This document shows, piece after piece, positions 54,932 through 64,000 of a stretch of 64,000 bases of DNA (the first letter of the stretch is position 1; every line of letters begins with the position of its first letter). The position numbers and the translations under genes are program-made. Location: assembly GCF_009914755.1 (NCBI RefSeq), contig NC_060927.1; one strand, given 5' to 3'. The stretch is from the human T2T-CHM13v2.0 reference genome, Homo sapiens. The notes beneath the pieces were generated by a model. The model had not been told where the DNA came from. It did no database searches and worked only from the letters and a program-made list of their open reading frames with translations.

Positions 54932-55290
54932 CTATGACTCGAGAGTGGGTGGCGCTTTCTTGACTTGGGTGTGGTGAGTCCATCCCCTTTCTGCTGTATG
55001 AACAGCAGTCTCAGTGGTTAGCAGCACAAGGTAGGATCCTTCCCAGGCTGGCTTTAGTTTTCTTTCTTTCTCCCCTTTGATGAGAATGTCATCCTCAGGA
55101 TGGTGCTGGTTTACTGGAAATTCTAGGGGTGGTACCTGTGCTAAAAGACTTTTAGTCTTGAGAGAAAGGAAAGTGGAAGATAAACCAAGTATAACATTTC
55201 TAAGAAATTGATCTTTTTTAAAAAAATTTGGGGACATCAGCAGTGGACTTCATAGTCCTTGGTGTGTTCTTACTGAGAAATTTCCTTTAG
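54932..55290 (-). pseudogene. pol: Integrase C-terminal remnant of provirus 2
   Basis: KDQFLRN..LEFPV..KLKPAWEGSYLVLLTTETAV..GWTHHTQVK (GPY/F region); core absent. Confidence 0.85.
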
Positions 55291-55951
55291 CACCTATTTT
55301 TATTAGTTTTTAGACCACAGAAAGCCAAACACCATTTTATATTTGACAATGCTTCCTGTATGATTTTTATACCAGTTAAGCTGAATTTCACCCTTACATT
55401 AGTGTGCTATCAATGTTAAACTCAATTTTAATAAAACCTTGTAGACATATTTATCCAATTTTAACGTCTGACCTTAAGGTAAGATTTTTATAGACTCTTT
55501 TTAACCTTTTCTAATTTTTGTTAAAGAGCAGGTTAGCACTTTAAGAAAAACCCGTTGTGCTTTTATTTTAATGTCCAGTTGACAGTAAAACTGGATGATA
55601 CCCTTTTAACTTTAGCCAGTATGTTTACACACAGAATTTCCTTTACAATTAATGTTTTAAAACTTGCTTAACCCTTCCAAACAAATTTTTTTAACCTTTT
55701 ATTGTAGGTAAAAATCCACATTCTTATGCCTCCTTATAATCCTTTTACCAAAAGTTTATTTTACTTTCCTTATACATCTTGCACATAAACTGTTTCTTCA
55801 ATAGTTTTACACTCAGGAGGCCTAATTACTTTAAAATTATACAACATTACTTGCATAAATTCCTTTTTATAACACACATTTTTTTTTCACAACTTTCATG
55901 GACAATTCTTTCACATGCCTCAACTTTTTGACTTGTTGCTAACATCCCTTT

Positions 55952-58209
<2,258 letters not shown>

Positions 58210-58479
58210 AACATCTCTTTCTTCAAACAACCGGTTAATTTATTTTAGGACAAGAATTTACCATATAACATTCTTTTTACATAAATTCTCCCCCAACCCC
58301 ATTTTTTTTTTTCCCAAAGATGATAACCATTCTTTTCCAAAGTGAACTTCCTTCATATCTGTGGACTAGACTGCCTAAGGCCACCAGATTAGAAGTTAGG
58401 ATAATACATGTTACACTGTTAACTTTTAGCAATCTTTTGTTTTGTTGAAAACCTTGTAAGTTTGGGATTTCAATGATCC

Positions 58480-59250
58480 TTTGCTATTAATAAGACCTTG
58501 TTTAGTCCAAATTAACTTAGAATTGGTATAGATGGTTCCTTCCTGGTTCTGTAGGTACTTTAAGGCTTGGCTGAGTGCAAACAGCTCCCACCTTTGGGCC
58601 GACCAAGAATTAGGCAATTTTCCCAACTCTGCTTTTACAAAAGTTTCCCTATTAATTACGGAATACCCATTGTGTCTTTTTCCCTCAATCGCCCAGGAAG
58701 AACCATCTATCCTCCAGTCCTGAAGGGAGTTCCTCCTAGGTCAGGTTGGACCTTTGTATGGTAATTAATTAAGATTTACATCCCCTGTTAGGAAGCCTGG
58801 TGAGTTAAGGGAATTACTAGTGGTTAATGTTAAATCATCTTTTTCTAACAGAATAGCCCCACATTTTAAGATTTTTGAGTTAGTAAGCTACCTTTTGCTT
58901 TTTTTTTTTTTTTTTTTTTTTTGACTTAGGATCGTTCTGAACTGGTAAGGTGTGCTCATAATGAGGTCTCCTCTAAAAGTTATTTTTCTACTTTCTTCTG
59001 CTAGCAAAGCAGTTGCCACTACAGATTGAATGCATTTGGGCCATCCATGGGTTACTGGGTTAAGGATTTTTGATAGGAAGGCTACGGGTTGTCAGTGGCC
59101 TTAGTGCTTTTGGGCTACACCCTTGTTTATACTGACAACAAGGTGGTATTGAAGTGTTACAGGGTCAAGGAGAAGATCTTCAGTTGTCAATTATAGGTTT
59201 TAAGTTTACCCTGGCTTTTAAAGGAATAGGGTACAGTGTTTTCTCTTTAC
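58480..59250 (-). pseudogene. pol: RT start, tether and RNase H remnants of provirus 2
   Basis: GKLPNSWSAQRWELFALSQALKYLQNQEGTIYTNSK; colinear with provirus 1 except for large deletions. Confidence 0.88.
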
Positions 59251-59254
59251 TATT

Positions 59255-59535
59255 ATATCTCTCTTTTTCTCTTTCTCTCTTTGACTTTCTGTCTCTGTCT
59301 CTTTGACTCCCTCTTCATCTCTCTGTCTCTTCCTCTCTCTCTCTGCTTCTCCTTGTCTCTCTCTCTCTCTTTGACTCCCTCTTTGTCTCTTCCTCTCTTT
59401 GCTTCTGTTTCTCTCTCTGCCTCTCTCTCTTTCCCCTCTCCTTGTCTTCCCTCCCCCCCCTTCTTCTCTGCTGTTCTTTCCCTGTCTCTGCCAGCTGTTA
59501 ATGCTGCTGTTCTCCCCTCTCCTTCCCCTTCCCCT
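59255..59535. repeat. CT/GA-rich microsatellite
   Basis: Visible directly. Confidence 0.9.
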
Positions 59536-59627
59536 TGAGGGACTGGTGGGATTGGAGCTACTCTTTCTTCCCTTAAAGGAAAGGAAAGGGGAGTTCTGAA
59601 TATTTTTCTTACTACCGGAGGTTAGTG

Positions 59628-59791
59628 TGAGGTTCAACCCCCATTCATGGGGATTTCTCACCTCCTTCTGAGGTTCAACCCTCCCTCCTGGGGATTTCTC
59701 ACCTCTTTGTGAGGTTCAACCCCCTGTCGTGGGGATTTCTCACCTCTTTCTGTGGTTCAACCCCCCACCATGGGGATTTCTCACCTCTTTT
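59628..59791. repeat. 4 x 41-bp leader tandem repeat with internal inverted repeat
   Basis: tg(a/t)ggttcaacc..ggggatttctcacc at 59628, 59669, 59710 and 59751. Confidence 0.93.
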
Positions 59792-60231
59792 TAACCTCCA
59801 AGACATCCCAACTAAGGAATAGTTCACCACCCCCCCATGGCTTTCTTTCCCTAGTCCCAACTAAAGAATGCTTTACCACCCCTGCAATTTGTCTTTCCTT
59901 GGTATGTCCTAACCAAGGAATGCTTTACTGCCCCATGGCTTTTTCCTTAGTCCTGACCACCAAGGAAGTACTTTACTGGCTCCTGTGGCTTCTCCTTCCT
60001 TGGTCTGGGCACAGAGTTGTCACCGCAGTATGTGAGGATCCTTTAAGCTAGGCTGCTGGCCATTTTTATTTTATTTTATTTATTTATTTATTTTTGCATT
60101 GCTGAGAGCTTGGGTTATTCCTTGCACTGGGTGGGTCTTGATTTCTCACCCCTGAGGCCGCTGCAAGGGGGTGGGGTGCACCTCCTCACAAGAGAGAACA
60201 AGAAAAGAGATCGCCCCCAGAGGGGAATGTA

Positions 60232-60249
60232 ATCGTGGGAGAGCCCCCA
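60232..60249 (-). other. Primer binding site, tRNA-Pro type
   Basis: TGGGGGCTCTCCCACGAT (14/18 to the Pro PBS). Confidence 0.8.
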
Positions 60250-60252
60250 AAT

Positions 60253-60728
60253 TGTTATCAATAAAGCTTTGGTGCTGCAAAAGAAATAACACTCAAATAC
60301 AAAATTTTCTTTGTAATTCTCAGCAAGGGAAGTTACTTCTATAGAAGGGTGTGCCCTTACAGATGGAGCAATGGTGAGCACAGACTTGGACAAGGGAGGG
60401 GAATGGGTTCTTATCCCTGATGCACGTGGGCCGGTGCTGCTGTGTCGTTCCCCTATTGGCTAGGTTAGACTGTACCAGGCTAAACTAATTCTGATTGGCT
60501 AATTTAAAGAAAGTGATGGGATGAGTGTCTTGGTGGGAAAAATGGTTATGCAGGGTGAAGAATAAGTTAGGGTGGAGCAGGTAGCAGGTATTCGGAATGA
60601 GTCAGGATGGAGCAGATAATCAAAAAAGGTTGCTTTAGGAGGAAGTTCAGTTTAAAAGTAGAAGGCAAAGAATTGAACATACTGACATATTGATTCTTTG
60701 AAAAGAAATTTAGAACTCATATCTAACA
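60253..60728 (-). mobile_element. 5' LTR of provirus 2 (LTR10F-like)
   Basis: Direct repeat of 52600-53129 but with one TGAGTCA unit (60598). Confidence 0.9.
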
Positions 60729-61386
60729 TGTTTACAGTGGCCCCAAGGTAGAAAGTGAGCATGAAGAGTTCCAGGGTCTGAAAGAAAACTACCATGGTTG
60801 TAACTTAGTCAAGCCTTCCTATAATTTCCATTTGGGAATATAATTTCTACTGTAATCTAAACATATTGATGAGATAATATACAGAGAAGCCATAAAATAG
60901 TGGTGAGGCATACAATAAGCATGCAATAAATATCAGCCATCATTGTTGATGTTGTCATTGTTACAGAAGGATTCTAATTCCTCCTCTTTTGCCTTTGGTG
61001 TTAAACATCTGGTTTACCTGTGATTTAAATGGTTATGTTTTCAAAATAATTTGCACTGACTATTTATAGGCGTGATTTTTCAACTTCTTAGAGTCACAAA
61101 GAAATTGTTCTAATGAGAATTTGTCTGATGAAAGTTGTTACACTTCTCCTTGGAAGAATTCACATTTATCGAACACACAGGAGTTTGAATTTCATTTTAG
61201 GCCTTTCATTGCCCCCTAGTTTGATAGTTCTGATTAATTATTTAACATTTCTTGAAGACCAGAATCATACCCCGTACTTATTTGCAACTTTTGCCTGCCT
61301 AATTTAGAAGATGCTTTATTTTCATTGATGGTGGTCTTCTTGCCTTCTTTTTTAAATCATATTTTATTAGTGCTAATATCCATACT

Positions 61387-63444
61387 TGTATTAGTCCATT
61401 TTCATACTACTGTAACTGTTCCACTCTTGTCTTTTGCATACTTGCAGGCCCAACACCATGTGGAAGCCACCAAAGCTTGGGACTTGCACCCTTTGAAGCA
61501 ACCGCCCAAGCTGTACCTTGACCCCTTAGCCATGGCTGAAGCCAGAGTGGCTGGGACACAGGGCACCAAATCCTGAGGCTGCACAGAGCAGTGGGGGCCC
61601 TGGGCCCTGCCCATGAAGCCGTTTTCCCCTCTTAGGCCTCTGGGCTTGTGATGGGAGGGGCTGTCAGGAAGATGTTTGACATGCCCTGGAGACATTTTCC
61701 CCCATTGTCTCCACTATTAACATTTGACTTCTCCTTACTTATGCAAATTTCTGCAGCAGGCTTGAATTCCTCCCCAGAAAATGGTTTTTTCTTTTCTACC
61801 ACATGGTGAGGCTACAAATTTTCCAAATCTTTATGCTCTGCCTCCCTTTTAAACACAAGTTCCAATTTCAAACCATGGCTTTGTGAATGCATAAAGCTGA
61901 ATGCTTTCAGAATAATCCAGGTCACTCCTTGAATGCTTTGTGGCTTAGGAATTTTTTCTATCAGATACCCTGAATCATCTCTCTCAAGTTCAAAGTTCCA
62001 CAGATCTCTGGGGCAGGGAAAAAATGTCTACAGTCTCTTTGCTAAAGCAAAGCAAGAGTCAATTTTACTCCAGTTCCCAACAAGTTCCTCATTTCCATCT
62101 GAGACCACCTCAGCCTGGACTTCATTGTCGATATCACTATCAGCATTTTGGTCAAAGCCATTCAACAGGTCTCCAGGAAGTTCCAAACTTTCCCATATCT
62201 CTGTCTTTTGTCTTCTTCTCAGCCCTCCAAACTGTTCCAGCCTCTGCCTGTGTTGATGAAAAGAGTCAAACTCTGTAAAGTATTTTAAGAGATTTATTCT
62301 GAGCCAAATATGAGTGACCATGGCTCGTGACACAGCCCCCAGGAGGTCCGGAGAACATGTGCTCAAGGTGCTCAGGGTACAGCTTGATTTTACATATTTT
62401 AGGAAGGCATGAGACATCAATCAAATACATTTACGAAATACATGGTGTGGTTCAGAAAGGTGGGACAACTCAAAGCATGGGCTTCCAGGCTATATGTAAA
62501 TTTAAAGATTTTCTGGTTGACAATTGGTTGAGTGTATCTGAAGACCTGGGATCAATAGAAATGAAGTGTTCAGGTTAAGATAAAAGATTGTGCAGACCAA
62601 GTTTTATTGTGCAGAAGAAGCTCTCAGATAGCAGACTTCAGAGAGAACACGTTGTAAAATATTTCTTATCTGCCTTAAAAGGGTGCCTGGCTCTTAGCTG
62701 ATTATCTGTTGGATCTGGAAAGGAAGGAAAGAAAAAAAAAAGGGAAAGGGGATTCGCTATAGAATGTGGATTTTTCCCGTAAGAGACTTCACAGGGCAAT
62801 TTCAGGGTATAGCAAGGAAATACATTTTGGGGTAAAACATTTTGATTTTCTTCCTTGTTATGCCAGAGTCAGATGGGAAAGTTAGTCACAATATACAGGG
62901 TTAAATGAAACCCATCTGATGAGAATTTATGATTTGTAGGGTATGAGTCCCCAGACTCCTTAGATAGGAATTTAGGCCAGATAAGAAAAATCAGAGTTTA
63001 GTCCTCACCTGTTATCCAATTCCTGAGTCACTTCCACATTTTCAGGTTATCTTTAAAACAGTACCCCACTCTACCAGTACCAATTTCCTGTATTAGTCTG
63101 CTTTCACACTCCTCTAAAGAATATCTGAGACTGCATAATTTATAAAGAAAGGAGGTTTAGTTGAGTCACAGTTTCACATGGCTGGAGAGCCCTCAGGAAA
63201 CTTATAATCATGGCAGAAGTTGAAGGGGAAGCACTTTCTTTATAAGGTGGCAGGAGGGGGAGAGCAGGGGAAACTGCCATTTATAAAACCATCAGATCTC
63301 ATAAGAATTCACTCACTATCATGAGAACAGCATGGGGTAAACAGCCCCCATGATCCAGTCACCTTCCACCAGGGCCCTCCCTTGACAAGTGGAGATTACA
63401 TTTGAGATGAGATTTGGGTGGGGACACAGAGCCAAACCATATCA
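61387..63444 (-). mobile_element. THE1D-like MaLR element: 5' LTR 63089-63444, internal region, 3' LTR mostly deleted
   Basis: THE1-int motifs; TSD atact/gtact around the whole element. Confidence 0.88.
62251..63007 (-). mobile_element. MER4E-like ERV1 solo LTR nested in THE1-int
   Basis: tgttgatgaaaagagtc...ttagtcctca; exact TSD CCTG. Confidence 0.88.
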
Positions 63445-64000
63445 GTACTTTTTCTTTTTTAATATCTGTGATAATTTGTTGCATCTTACAATAAGTACTA
63501 AGCCACAGTCTAATTGCCAGCTTTGTTTTCTTTCTCAGTGCTATACAAGGTAATGAATGGTACCTCTTACTGTCAGTGGTGTCTTGGATTTGGCAGAACA
63601 TGATGCATACCTCTGTAATAGCCTAGCAGGTCCCCAGATGCCCAAATATCAGGTCTCATGCAATGCTTTTATTTCTTCAAAACTTCGTGTCCTGAAAGTA
63701 TGAAACATAAAACTTCCTCCCAATTTAATAACAATTAATTTTCCTCTGGAGAGAGATTCCTGGCAGGGCCACCTCACTGATTGTCAGTTTATGTACTGCA
63801 AGAAGGTGCTTGGTCAAAGGAGGTGATGTAACCCTGCCAGTGCTTCCTCCACTTGGCTGGCTGTGGAGAAAGGCCATAGGAAGGAATGCCTTTTGGTAAT
63901 TCATCTGCTCAGACTGGGTGAGGTTTGAATTTGTCCACCCAGAGCAGCTACCTTTTTATAATTCACACAGGCATAGTTGTGCAAGCTGCAGGCCTGACTC

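Noticed and set aside
59218-59661. Arg/Glu-rich 147-aa ORF
   Set aside because: Translation of a GA microsatellite
59628-59791. CRISPR-like repeat-spacer array (also 50444-50575)
   Set aside because: The variable part is only 5-6 nt, there are no cas genes, and it lies in a primate ERV leader

Overview
Primate (most likely human) repeat-rich, apparently non-genic DNA. I found no credible cellular protein-coding exon, RNA gene or CRISPR array, and nearly all listed ORFs come from repeats or chance. The main features are two decayed HERV-IP10-type proviruses on the minus strand, 1.05 kb apart. Provirus 1 (42754-51549) has LTR10A-like LTRs, TSD GGAA and gag-pol-env remnants. Provirus 2 (52600-60728) has LTR10F-like LTRs, is a deletion derivative and is split by an L1PA. 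The rest is nested L1, L2, MIR, Alu, MaLR, ERV1/ERVL LTRs and hAT MITEs. The most interesting observations are non-coding modules shared by the two proviruses: a leader array of covarying 7-bp stem-loops, and a ~1 kb AT-rich insert between RNase H and integrase that looks better conserved than the coding genes. There is also an AP-1 VNTR whose copy number differs between the two LTRs of provirus 2. Subfamily names are from my recall of consensus sequences and need RepeatMasker/Dfam confirmation. I cannot claim a new biological system from the sequence alone.
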